From contig NC_069000.1 in the NCBI RefSeq assembly GCF_001194135.2, positions 7,269,559-7,333,558 on the forward strand: a stretch of DNA of 64,000 nt, in the 5' to 3' direction. The position numbers and the translations under genes were made by a program. Source of the DNA: Octopus bimaculoides. Its lineage: Eukaryota. The notes below the pieces were generated by a model. The model did not search any database. It saw only the letters and a list, made by a program, of their open reading frames with translations, and was not told where the DNA came from. This document shows, in pieces, positions 50,750 through 63,474 of this stretch (within the stretch, counting starts at the first letter, position 1; each line of letters opens with the position of its first letter).

Positions 50750-53663
50750 TTATTTATTTGAATTTTCAGTTGTTTGAATATTAATTTGATCAAAGTTTTG
50801 TATCAAGGAATCTGATTCTGAATTTTCATTTATAATTTGGTCTGTTGGTGGAAAATGTTGAGTTTCGTCCATATGTAGTGATGATCGACTTCCAGAATTT
50901 TCTCGGGCTGCTTCCAATAACTGATTGATAAGATATTGATCTTTGCTTTTGTGATCAGGCAAAACTGGTGGCCATGGATTCCCTGCAAACATACAACAAT
51001 GGAAATATGTTGAAATAGCATAAAAATCACAATACTTTTTAGCAAAAAACATTTTTTAAACAAGCACAAAACCTGACAAAAGACATTCAGATTATTCAAC
51101 TTGATGAGAAGACAATCCTGCTAATAATTTTTAAATTGTTTCTTACTCTTTTACTTGTTTCAGTCATTTGACTGCGGCCATGCTGGGGCACCGCCTATAG
51201 TCGAGCAAATTGACACCAGGACTTATTCTTTGTAAGCCTAGTACTTATTCTATCGGTCTCCTTTTGCCGAACCGCTACATTACGGGGGACATAAACACGC
51301 CATCATCGGTTGTCAAGCGATGTTGGGGGGACAAATACACACACAAACATACATACATACATATTTCATTTCATTTCATTTCAAAGTTTCAGCTCAGAGC
51401 TGCGGCCATGCTGATGCACCACCGTATATATATATGACGGGCTTCTTTCAGTTTCTGTCTACCAAATCCATTCACAAGGCTTTGGTCGGCCCTAGGTTAT
51501 AGTAGAAGACAATTGCCCAAGGTGCCATGCAGTGGGACTGAACCCGGAACCATGTGGTTGGTAAGCAAGCTACTTACCACACAGCCACTCTTGTGCACTT
51601 TCAAGTAATCACATGGTCCTTGAATGTCAATTATTCATTGTGCATTGAAATTCATTGAGGAAGAATATGGGCATCTGTATGAAGGTAATTTTTCATGAGG
51701 TGTCATTGAGAAAGTCCACTTTTGGGCTACATGCAGCCATGACTGATATAGACCATGGATATGAAGGGAGGAAAAGTGTGTATACAGTAAACACATTGAC
51801 TCAGTCACTGTTACTATCCAACATCATATGACTCTACCTTTTAATTCTAGAATTCCAAGAGCTCCATCTTTTCCTGGATAAACTGTTGGCAGTTTGTACA
51901 TGTCTGTAAAACTGGTGCTATAGTTAGAATAGCGAGGGACTAACACTTTAAACAGTTTTAATACCAAGTCCTTCTCCTGGAAAATACAAAAAAAAATATT
52001 ATTAGATTAAACAAATGACAAAAATGAACACAAAACTCTAAATAAATGAAATCTAGCCAATAACATGCTTTCTTGACCTTCAAACTGTTACTCCGTTTAT
52101 CCAGTACAAGAGTTACTTTCATCTTTTATTAAACAACCAAATAATTGTTTTATCAATCATAGCAGTGTTAAAGTGAAAGATGGCCAGAATTTGCTACACA
52201 TAGATCTAGGTTCCAAAGTTGTCAAGATTGAGAATCGATCCTATGTTACATACAATTAATTATCTTCATTTCAAAATATCATCTTCAACACAACTGGCTT
52301 TACCTATATTTATAAATATTGAAGGGTTTTTCTCATGTCTGTAACCAAGTAAATTACCAGAAAACTTACCAACAACCAATAATCAGCCATTTCCATAGTT
52401 TTAGGATCTTTGGGACCATTTTTAATGGCCAACTGAAGTAGCTGCAATTAAAAATATAAAACTCAGATTAAGATTAAAAGATAAGTTATTTAACGGTATA
52501 CACTCATCATCATTACATTTTGGTAGTAGATTTTGCCTTTTATTCCTCTGAAGCTGATAAAATAAAATCAGACAAGTACTGACAACCTGTGTTCGCGTGT
52601 TTACGTCCCTGTAACTTGGCGGTTCGGTAAAAGAGCTGACAGAATAAGTACCAGGCTTTAAAAAAAAAGTACTGGGGTCGATTCAATCAACTAAAAATCC
52701 TTCAAGGCGGTGTCCCAGCATGGCCGCAGTCTAATGACTGAAACAAGTCAAAAATAAAAGATGAATATTAAAGATAGCGATCTGGGAGATTCGTTGGCCA
52801 TAGACAAAATGCTTAGCAGCATTTCTTCCAGCTCTTTATATTCTGAGTTCAAATGCCACCGAGGTCAACTTTGTCTTTCAGCTCTTCGGGATCGATAAAA
52901 TAAAGTACCAATCAATCACTAGGGTCGATCTAATCGACTAACCTTCACCGTCAATTGTTGCTGGCTTTGTGCCAAAATTTGAAACAATTATTATTAGGAA
53001 GAGAGATGAGAACGGGATAAATGGTTATCTTATGAACTTTAATAGCTCACATCTGTTTCTGCTATAAGATGCAGTGGACTCATAGTTGAGTGCCTGAATA
53101 ATACCTTATAACTTCATCGAAACCTCGAAAATGAAGTGCAATTTATTTGGGAAAGAATGACATTTGCGCTTATATAGGGCACGGCATCAATAATAAAACC
53201 GAAATATTAAACACAGTTATTAATATTGTATTATATTGTGTTCTTAAAGAATAACGAGTTTCTTTTTTTTATTTGGTTCTGTATAATTATTTCTAATTAT
53301 CATTACTTAATTGTTAATGTGTTTTTTTTTACTGTTTGTACGCGTTGTAAAACCACCACTATTTCTATTTCTCCGCCCTTAACGTTTTGGGCCACAGATA
53401 TTAATTAATGATTTACTACTGATTGGTTTGATTATATGAAATCATGGAAAAAAGTAATTCTAGTCAGGACATTTCGTGGTACTTACTCTTTCTGTGTAAC
53501 CTCTAGCTTCATCAAGACGATGGTAGTAAGATTCTATTCGTTCATATCGGACTACAGCAGTAACTGTTCTACGAAGTCGTTCTAAACGAGCTGACGGGCC
53601 GCCACCAAGCCCCAAAGTGGCACTCATATACCTTGGACGTGAACGAACGACAAACTTCAACAT
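50750..53663 (-). CDS. MRPL17: Mitochondrial ribosomal protein L17 (bL17m), 4 coding exons, 206 aa
   Basis: Exons on the minus strand: 53487-53663 (MLKFVVRSRPRY...LGLGGGPSARLERLRRTVTAVVRYERIESYYHRLDEARGYTER), 52370-52441 (LLQLAIKNGPKDPKTMEMADYWLL), 51838-51976 (EKDLVLKLFKVLVPRY...GILELK), 50750-50982 (GNPWPPVLP...YLINQLLEAAR). 621 nt, in phase. Matches bL17m motifs (VRHERIE, DEMRGYAE, ADFWLTEKDLIPKLF, LLNQLL). AATAAA on the minus strand at 50622-50627. Confidence 0.94.
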
Positions 53664-54309
53664 TTTAATCGTTGAATCTGCGATTCCGAGTTAAGAAACT
53701 TCCCACAGACAAGAAGTGCTTGTGTCCGGTGTCAATTGTAAAATGTCTACTATTCACTCACAGACAACAGAGATACACTCTCTCCCTCTCTTTCTCACAC
53801 ACACATGCGTGCATATATACATACATACATATACACACACACGCACCAATATACATTCACACATAATATACTTCCTTGTTTTTTCTTTTTCCCTGCCGGG
53901 AATATTTCTATTGAGGACCCTTAGTTTAACCAACACCGTCAATCTCAACATGTAAACTCGCTTGGGTTGTTTCGTTCTTTCTGTTTGTCTTTAGCAAAAC
54001 TGATGTAATATTCAATACGTGAAATAGAGGGTCATGTGTATATTTTTTACCAAGTAAACCTTTTCTTTGTAAAACCGATATATATATGTTTTAAATATCA
54101 ACAAGAATGATGAAGCCAGCGGCTAATTTTAATATTTTCACACCAAAGAAACGTTCAGTTTCGCTAACAAGAATTAATGAAATTACATTTATTTACAATA
54201 CATCATCTCTGTGACCGTCACTTGTTTTCTTCTTTTAATTAAATAGCTTATTTAAAAAAATACTTGTAAGTAACTTTAATAAAATTGTTAATAATTTAAT
54301 GTAAACAGT

Positions 54310-54360
<51 letters not shown>

Positions 54361-54625
54361 GCACATGCACGTGTACCTCTGTATTATTTACTCATTCGTC
54401 GTGTCATAGCAAATATGAACCCGTTAACCGTTAAAGGTTCCAGTTACTAACAATCTTAGATATATTCAGAATCTGCACGTGGTCTTCATTGCCGACTAAA
54501 TTACGAAATAAGGTTTATAAATTTTCAACAGATTCATCAGAAGAACAACAACAAATGCTTTAAGTGGCTGCATCTTTAACGAAGATATTTCTGTTTAATT
54601 TCAAAGGTAGCAAGTTGGCCTTAAA
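53664..54625. promoter_or_regulatory. Probable bidirectional promoter region shared by MRPL17 and ATP23
   Basis: The two start codons are head-to-head, 962 bp apart. CACGTG E-boxes near 54368-54373 and 54476-54481. Confidence 0.6.
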
Positions 54626-57600
54626 ATGACCGAAGCGACAACAAATACTAATAATGATGGAGAAGCGACCCCGTTTGATACATCGAGGTATAAATCAAAT
54701 GAACATGCAGAGGATTTTGGATATAATTTCTACCCAGACAGAGCGAGTGCCAAACGGAAAACTTTCTGGGAAAAAATGTGGACTGAAGGTCGTGGAAAGA
54801 AATTTAAGTGTGAGGCTAATGTGACATGGTGTGTGGAAAATCGTGAGTGTTCATTATTTTCTACTCTTCTGATATTTCTGGTGTTTCTTAAATAATGTTT
54901 TGTGAAATGAAATTAACTAAACGAAGAAGGATTGCGATGCCGGGTTGACCTTGTTCATTGACTAGACACAATGTTTTAAGATCAAGCAGCACATACAATT
55001 TGTCATTGTCAGTCAAAGACCTTAGGGACTTTAATAATGGGATTTTAAACTTTTAATGTTCAAGTCTCGTTATACCAAGTGCTTTTACCTTTTGTTCTGC
55101 GACATGTCTTAAAAGGTCTGTAATGTCGTTGTTTATATTTTGATAAATGCCTGTATTAAAAGAAAACAAAGAATGGAAAATGAGAAGTGAAAGCTTTTTG
55201 AGAAATAAAGGTCCAATGATATTGGGTGACAAAATTCATCAGAGCGCTGTTCCATGAACTGGATAAAAGTAATTCTTTTCACATCTACCTCTAATGCCCT
55301 TGGGAAAGGGCACTCAATCTAATTTCCTGTCCCTAAAGTTTTTTGTTTGGCTACCAATGCAGGAACTTAGTATTGATAAAATGACGATCAGTATACAAAC
55401 GTTACTCTTTTATTGATTTCATTCATTCATTGGTTTAGTTGGCCATGCTATAACGGCGAAGAAAATTAACAAAATGTACTACGGGCGCAGGCGTGGCTGT
55501 GTAGTAAGAGGCTTGCTTCCCAACTACATGGTTCCGGGTTCAGTTCCACTGAGTGCCATTCTGGGCAAGTGTCTTCTACTGTAGCTTCGGACCGTCCAAA
55601 CTGACAAACAAACGAGGAGGGTATAAGGTGTGAGACGTGCTAAAAATAACGGTTAAATAGCCCTTAGATCACGCACCAAAACCGTTTTTTGTTTTGTTTT
55701 TGCATAATCGTATGAATTCCCGTGTGTAGAATACAATTTCGCAAACAATATTAAAAGTTGTGAGGGGTTACATGGCGTGCTTAATGAAGAATTCCGCCCA
55801 TGTGTGTGTGTGTGTGTGTGTATTGACCGTTGACTGAACACTATTCAATTTTTTTCTCCGTGTTTTTCTCCTTGTCTCCGTATTCTTTCTGTTGAAGAGC
55901 GTAGCTCGAAACGTCAAAGACTTTCCGTATTCCCGAGCGTCATACTAATATATACTTTTGTTATTTACACCACCTGTCCTCGTCTGTTGTTATTATTTGT
56001 ATATTCTCCCNNNNNNNNNNNNNNNNNNNNNNNNNNNNNNNNNNNNNNNNNNNNNNNNNNNNNNNNNNNNNNNNNNNNNNNNNNNNNNNNNNNNNNNNNN
56101 NNNNNNNNNNNNNNNNNNNNNNNNNNNNNNNNNNNNNNNNNNNNNNNNNNNNNNNNNNNNNNNNNNNNNNNNNNNNNNNNNNNNNNNNNNNNNNNNNNNN
56201 NNNNNNNNNNNNNNNNNNNNNNNNNNNNNNNNNNNNNNNNNNNNNNNNGCTTGACATTTTTATAGAGAACCCATTTCTCATCACCAGTCACTATTCGGTT
56301 CAAAAGAGGTTCATTTGTGAGATGTGACAGCAAGGAAGAGCACACATTCACTCTCTGCATGCAATTAGACTCGGAATTTGCTGACTTTTTCACTGGCGTG
56401 CAGGTGTCAATGAATGGTTGAATGAACAAATCCAAGCTTCTCTGCTAGTTCCTCAACAGTTATGATGGGATTTTGTTCCACCAGGTTTTGCAGGTCGTCC
56501 TCATCGAGATCTACACATCATCCAGGACAAGGATCATCTTCTAGACTCTAGTTTCCAGCCTGGAATATCTGGAACTACCGTTGACACTGGTTCATGCTTT
56601 TTGTCCAATTCCCATATACTGCATTAATATTCCTCACACTTTCCATTGTGTTGTTGCCTTTATTGAACTCATAAAGCAAAATAGGCCAAATATGCTCTTT
56701 TGTCACTTCCATTATAGCTTTGAAAAAATAACTGTTACAATCGAACTGTACTCTTCAAAAATTTCAGTAAGAATAAGGACAAGGTAAAATGACTACCTGC
56801 TTTTATAGCAAGTTGATGCAGGTAGTTTATCCTGTCCCCCTCTGACTTTTTGTTCATGCAATTGCAAAAACCACATTTTTTATGAGATGACCCAATATTT
56901 TGAGTAGGCCGTTTCTCTGTTGTACATTCTCTACATTCATCAATCTCTCATAATAACAACTCCATGGCTCTTTTCAGCAATACCATAATTCTCTCAACTA
57001 CACTCCCTTACAATCTAGAACACCTCACCCCTCTGATCCTTACATCACAGAATGTGTACAGAAGTTACTTTCTGCTTCTTCCTTTGTTTAGTACACCTCA
57101 CATCTAGCTTCTCTTTTAGCTGCTTGATATTACTCTCTGCTGCTCCCTTTCTAGTCTTTCCAAACCTGTCCCTTAACTTTTATTACACTATGTACCGTAT
57201 TATTTTACCATTATTTTATTTTCCATCAAGCTGAAAAGCAATTATGTATATAAATTCATTTGTTTTCTCTTTCTTGTTCTCTTTTAAATGTAGATCCTAT
57301 GGTGAAATTACTTTTAAGAGCTTTGAAACGTCATGGTTGGTAAGATGAACATTATTACAGGCAATTTCATTTAATTAATATTACATAATTTATGATTACA
57401 AAGATCAAGGTCAAATGTCTGCTGTCATCCCTGGACTTTAGTAAACAATACATTTTCATTAACCTCAAGGTCAAATGTCTGCTGTCATCCCTGGACTTTA
57501 GTAAACAATACATTTTCATTAACCTCAAGGTCAAATGTCTGCTGTCATCCCTGGACTTTAGTAAACAATACATTTTCNNNNNNNNNNNNNNNNNNNNNNN

Positions 57601-60600
57601 NNNNNNNNNNNNNNNNNNNNNNNNNNNNNNNNNNNNNNNNNNNNNNNNNNNNNNNNNNNNNNNNNNNNNNNNNNNNNNNNNNNNNNNNNNNNNNNNNNNN
57701 NNNNNNNNNNNNNNNNNNNNNNNNNNNNNNNNNNNNNNNNNNNNNNNNNNNNNNNNNNNNNNNGTCTGCTGTCATCCCTGGACTTTAGTAAACAATACAT
57801 TTTCATTAACCTCAAGGTCAAATGTCTGCTGTCATCCCTGGACTTTAGTAAACAATACATTTTCATTAACCTCAAGGTCAAATGTCTGCTGTCATCCCTG
57901 GACTTTAGTAAACAATACATTTTCATTAACCTACCCCAACCACATGTCCAGTCTTTCATGTTTGTAGGTCATTGTCTTGTGTCTGTTTTGTGTTTTTTCT
58001 TAATTACTTTGTTTGTCATCTTTGCCTGTGTAGAGGGTGTGTGAAAGTATATACATATACATGTTGAATAAAATCATAATTAACTGATCCTCCTGTATTT
58101 TCTTTTACCCAAAGCCAGGAACTTTTCAGCACCCTTTGTATATGTGTGTGTGTGTGTGCGCGTGTATAAAGTTATCTAATATAAATTCAAAATGTTTTAT
58201 AAATTTTGATATAAATATTTTTACTTTCTCATATATTTTGCTTGTATGTTGCTATGTATGTTACAATTTGTTATTTCAGCTCTAGTTTAGAGTATAGAGC
58301 ACTCTTTATCCTACCACGTAAAACATATAGATGTATTCAGATGCATGTGTGTGAAAATATATATATATATGTAGATAGATACATCAATAGATATAATGTT
58401 ATCTTATTTAAATATAATTATTCTGTGAAATGAAAATGTTTCTTGCTGTATTTCCAGTCCTGTCAACCTAAGACGCCATATTGCTTGTGAACCTTGTGTT
58501 GGTTATGTAAATGGAGGATATGACCCACAACAAAATCAGGTGAATATTTTATCATTTTATGGTTTTACATTTGTGTATGTACATGAATATATATATACAA
58601 GGTGCTGCACAGTGAAACCAAACGGCTGCAAAGCAAGATTCTTAACCATACAGATAAGATCAGGCTGGGCAAAGTTCAGAGAGTTCCTTACTCCTGCTGG
58701 CAACGAAGGGCCTGTCTCTCAGAGTGAAAGGCAGATTGTTTGATGCCTGTGTGGAAAAAGCTATGCTGCATGGTAGTGAAACATGGGCTGCGACAGCCAA
58801 GGACATGCGTAGGCTTGGAAGAAATGAAGCCAGTATGCTTCACTGGATGTGCAATGTCAGTGTGCACTGTCTGAATAAAATTCTAACCTTAAACATTATC
58901 CTAACACTAACCCTAACCTGAATCATGAAATTTAGTGTAGCCTGTAGATTGTAGTAAACTGCATGCTAAAATGATACTGAAGATTATAAACTATGTTGTG
59001 TGTGTATTCTTTTGGTTGGGGTGTTTTTTTGTCTGTTTTTCCATGCTATCATCAGTTAGACAGACATGTTATTTTGGCATTATTTTACAACCAGTTGCCA
59101 TTCCTGTTGTTTCTGGAATCTCTTATTCCACGTGTTTTTGACAGCTTAAAATGCATGGATGGTTTGTTGACAGAAGTGACAACATTGCTCACAGCTTGTG
59201 GCTTTCATAGAACTACAAAATTAAACAAACATACACATACACACCTACTTACAGATGAATGCAACACATGAGTAACTGATCCCTGCTGGTACCTGGCAGC
59301 TGTTGGTAAAACCACCATTCAGAGCCAGTGAACCAGTACTTGCATGGAAAGTATTATTTTTTATTTATTTAAAAAAAATTTTCTGGGTGCCAGATGCTTG
59401 AGAGTTCCCACTGAGTATCTGATAAGAGGTAGTTTACTATAGTCCCCTGATCCCAATCAACTAACTCAACTAGATGAATCTAATCAAATAACGACGATAT
59501 TTCTTTTCAGGTGGTGGTATGTCAAAATACAGCCAAGAAACGGTGGTTGTGTTGTAATGTGCTTGCACATGAGTTTATTCATGCTTTTGACTATTGCCGA
59601 GCTAAAGTAGACTTCATGAACATTCATCATTTAGCATGTACTGAGGTGAGGACAAAGTGTTGGCTTTTTATTCTTCTTTCTTGCTTCAATTTTGTTTCCA
59701 TTTCTTGCCGAGCATCTTCTTGACACTTAGGACAGAGAAACTCACTGTATACATTGATAGGCCATGAAAATAAATACACCAGATTGTTCATTTACAAAAT
59801 TATATAAAGTTATGTAAAAAAAAAAATACTTATGTACAATGTTATGCTCTTCTCAATACGTGTGACATACCAGTTAAAACAATCTCTTGCACTTCTTGCA
59901 GGGATGATAAGCCAGGGATATTTCTCAAATAATTTTCAGTTCCTTTCTTGATCATTCCTAATTCTCCTACAATCACTGGTATTGTAACTGCCTTCAGATG
60001 TCACATTTCTTCAATAAGAATGAGTAAATCTTTATATTTTCTGAACTTGTCAAATTCTTTTACTGTAATATTATTTTCACAAGGGATATTCAAGTCAATC
60101 AATAAACAGACTTTATTACTTTGGTCTTTTACAACAATATCCAGTTCATTAGCTTTGATGGTTCTGTCTGTATGTACAGGAAAGTCTTAGAAAATTGTTA
60201 CATTTTCTCACTCAGTTACAACCTCAGGGTGATGCTTTTTACCACTTGTCAACAGTTTTGATTTTATAATGCCAACCTTTTGCAACATTGAAATAATGAA
60301 ACTACATGATGACTGATTAAATATTTGTTGTTTCATCTAAAGTTACATTCTTACACCCTGATCTTTTCCCACACACCCATATATTGTAAGGTCACCATAT
60401 CCTAACAGCTGTTTCTTATAATAACTCACTTCAGAAATATTTAGTATCTGCTGCCATCATGTTATTTTCATGTCTAATTGATAGGGAACAAATAGTTTTA
60501 TATCATTGTCATCATCATTCTTTAATGCAGCATTTCTCAACTGTGGTTGCAGTAGAGAATGAGGTGGCTATATGCCAGATACTGAGAAGCTAAAATCTTT

Positions 60601-62237
60601 CAGAGAGAAGGAATGGGTGTTTTGCTGTAGAGGATATACAGGGCTACCCGACATTATATAAGGCTGGGAGTAACTGGGAAGGAAGATTATTTCTTTGTAT
60701 TATTTAATGTTTAAATCAGAATATATTTTCTAATATAGGCTCATGACCACAGATGCGCTATGTAGTAATGAATGAGTATTGAGGACTAGTGACTGACAAA
60801 ATGAAGTCGAGGGTATAGTGAGTGAGTTTTAGGGAGTACTACATGATAAAATGAATCTCAATGAGTTGAGGAAACTGTCACAAGAATTCTTGATGAATGA
60901 TTGATAGGCAATAAGAAAATTCTGAAGCAATTCATGCCAGCACGAAGTGGGTTGTTGTTGTCTTACTGTTTCTTCTATCTCCTGTCTTCTTCATGTTGTT
61001 ATCTTCTACTGTTCTGCCTTTTTCCTGTTGCTCTCTCTCTCTCTTCCTCTCTCTCTCTCTCTCTTCCTCTCTCTCTCTTCCTCTCTCTCTCTCTCTTCCT
61101 CTCTCTCTCTCTCTCTTCCTTTCTCTCTCTCTGATCTGACAATGGTAACCAAGGAAAAGATAGACAAAAAAGAAACATTGAGACAATGTAGGATTCTTCT
61201 TGATGCAGCCCAAAACAGCTTGGATAAATAATTAACATGGTGGTAGTGGTGGCAGTGATGACAGCAGCAATAGTGATGACAGTGGTGTTAGAAGTTTAAG
61301 AGATGATGGTGGTGGTGATGATGATGATAGTGGTGGTGGTAGTGGTGCAGATAGTATTGATGCTAGTTGTGGTGGCAATGACACTAATGATGATTGTGAT
61401 GGAGATGATGCTGATGATGACAGCGATGGTGGAGATGATGACGACAATGACAATGTTGAAGATAAAGACATGATGTTCAACAAAGAACTGAGGAGGAGAT
61501 GATTCTATTTTTGTCCTTTCGCTTAGTTTCTGTCTTCCATTATAATTCCATTCACAACCACTATGTAAAAGCAACTTCTTTCTCTATTTTCTTTGTGTCT
61601 TGTATTAAATCTAATCTCTTTGTGTTTTCGTTTTTCCCCCTTTTTCCCTAGATTCGTGCTGCCAACTTCATGCATTGTTCCTTTATGGCTGCTATGTCGG
61701 CTGGAAGTGCTTCGCCATTTAACATCAAACAAAAACATGCGGTCAGTTAGTTGTTGGATTTTAATTCTTCTTTCTTTTTTTTCTTCCTGATTTGAATTAA
61801 AGGACAAAAAAAAAAAAACCATTTTGATTTAAAATTTAATTAAATCTTGAAGGGGATTTTTCTGCAACTATATTTCTAGTGAAAGGGTATAATCCACTAA
61901 AGGTATCCCAGGACCAGGTGATGTTAAACTGAGTGACACATTAAGTCTACCTTACAAGGGAGTCATGGCAATATTCTTTATACTTGTGGTTATTTTAGAC
62001 ATGGCTTTTCTATATTCTACAATTTCTATATTATTACAGGATTGTGTGAAACAGCAAGCTGTAAAATCCATTGTTATTGTTCGGAATATATCAAATGAAG
62101 CAGCTTTAGAAATTGTGAATGAAGTCTTTGATAAATGCTACAATGATTTGGAACCTGTTGGCAGAATACCAAGGAAAGCTTCAAGGGATAATTATCGGGC
62201 ACTTTTGGAAGGACAGTTATATGGCTATTCGGAATAA
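54626..62237 (+). CDS. ATP23: Mitochondrial inner membrane protease ATP23 homolog (peptidase M76), 6 coding exons, 255 aa
   Basis: Exons: 54626-54842, 57294-57339 (HPMVKLLLRALKRHGC), 58458-58539 (RHIACEPC...GGYD), 59511-59645 (VVVCQN...VLAHEFIHAFDYCRAKVDFMNIHHLACTE, HEXXH motif), 61652-61741 (IRAAN...; GTCAGT donor), 62040-62237 (DCVKQQA...VRNIS...VFDKCYNDLEPVGRIP). 768 nt, in phase. AATAAA at 62350-62355. Confidence 0.95.
55845..56010 (+). mobile_element. Probable Penelope-like terminal repeat with a degenerate hammerhead-like core
   Basis: TTGAAGAGCGTAGCTCGAAACGTC at 55892-55915 resembles the (C)TGANGA...CGAAAC signature of PLE ends; truncated by the gap. Confidence 0.4.
56249..56800 (-). 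mobile_element. Mariner transposase relic (N-terminal HTH through the first catalytic Asp), cut by a gap
   Basis: ATG at 56712: MEVTKEHIWPILLYEFNKGNN...SLEDDPCPG...DEDDLQNLVEQNPIITVEELAEKLGFVHSTIH...RVNVCSSLLS...NEPLLNRIVTGDEKWVLY, with in-frame stops. Confidence 0.88.
57405..57932 (+). repeat. 60-bp tandem repeat with identical copies, spanning an assembly gap in ATP23 intron 2
   Basis: Unit AAGGTCAAATGTCTGCTGTCATCCCTGGACTTTAGTAAACAATACATTTTCATTAACCTC at 57406, 57466 and 57526, continuing after the gap. Confidence 0.95.
58630..58868 (+). mobile_element. RTE LINE fragment downstream of the RT domain, in an ATP23 intron
   Basis: IRSGWAKFRE.../KGRLFDACVEKAMLHGSETWAATAKDMRRLGRNEASMLHWMCNVSVH, with a frameshift. 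Confidence 0.82.
59885..60190 (-). mobile_element. Restriction-like endonuclease (RLE) domain of a non-LTR retrotransposon (R4/NeSL/CRE-type), decayed
   Basis: DFPVHTDRTIKANELDIVVKD...CLLIDLNIPCENNITVKEFDKFRKYKDL...M*HLKAVTIPVIVGELGMIKKG follows the RLE pattern WDxxIxTD...RPDIVV...IDVxIP...KExEKxxKYxDL...PVIVGALG. Confidence 0.8.
61030..61480. repeat. (CT)n/CTTC compound repeat followed by a (GAT/GGT)n low-complexity tract
   Basis: Directly visible in ATP23 intron 4; the source of the ER-rich and S/P-rich spurious ORFs. Confidence 0.85.
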
Positions 62238-63425
62238 CAATCAGAAAGAATTATTATTATTATTATTATTATTATTAAAATGAACATTGTGTTGAAATAT
62301 TTTTATTATTATTTAATATCATTTATCACAAATATAGTTATTGATTTCTAATAAAATTCATGAACTAAGTTCAAGTTGCTTATCAAAAACTCAGGAAGTG
62401 TGTGTGTGTGCGCATGTGTGCTCTTAACAAGAAGACTGACACTGCTGACTTTTTCATTTTGTTGAAGATTATAATTCAAACTGTTTAAAAACTGTAAGTT
62501 TGTGTCATAGAGCCTGGAGTGGTATCAAAAGGGTTAAAATGTTTATCATAAACATGTTTGAGTGTAATGCTTTCAACAAGCATTACACTTGAAAGGATGT
62601 TGGAAGCACATTTCTCAGTCTGTTACATTCTGTTGGGCCAGCTGTACATTGTCTTGACTTCCTGTTATAACTGACTGAAGAGACAATTAAAACTAATAAT
62701 GTTTTAGTTATGTACAAAAATGTTCATTGTGTACAAATCATGTATCAGCTGTTAAAAAGTAGGACACTATCCAGTTTTTTGATATGTAAACCTGAAAATT
62801 GTAATATTGGCATATATGCTATGGGTTTTTAATTCTGTTTTAATGTTAGAGTTAGGGAGTTGAATGCTGATTAGTTAATAGATGTGACACTCTTTAAAAA
62901 CTACATATCTCTTTGCTTTGGGTTAAATGTATTTCATTTTTTTTTATACCTAGTTGAAATCACCTATATGTACTGATCACACATGTGACCTATACACCAA
63001 AAAAAAAACAACTTAAAATAGAATATTCTATATAAGTTCTCAGCTGGTAGCATTTTGGATATATGTACATTTGGATATATGTGCATGTATAGGGATGATC
63101 ACTAAGTGGACATCCCTTTTGCTAGAAGAAGACCACCTACAGTCTGACCACTAAGAAAAGATTGTTTTCAAGAAAATTCAGCAAACACCAGAACATAAGC
63201 AAGCAAGACAAATGAAAAGATACAAAATATAAAAAATTAATCATAGACTGGTTTCTTTATTAACTACTTGCATAATTACTTACGGAATTGTCTGCAACTC
63301 TTCAGTATGATCGTCCTTTGCAATATAATTTGCAGAACTATACACAAGACGTCCACATGAGATTGAACATGTATTTAGTTCTAAAAGTCTTTGTTTTTGC
63401 ACGCCAAATAGCTGGAATAATTTAA

Positions 63426-63474
<49 letters not shown>

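Noticed and set aside
57405-57932. Regular arrays that might resemble CRISPR (also 15052-15298 and 15961-16115)
   Set aside because: They are head-to-tail repeats with no unique spacers, in a eukaryotic context with no cas genes.
60901-61822. Multiple ER-rich, S/P-rich and hydrophobic ORFs
   Set aside because: They are simple-repeat translations; the only real coding piece here is ATP23 exon 61652-61741.
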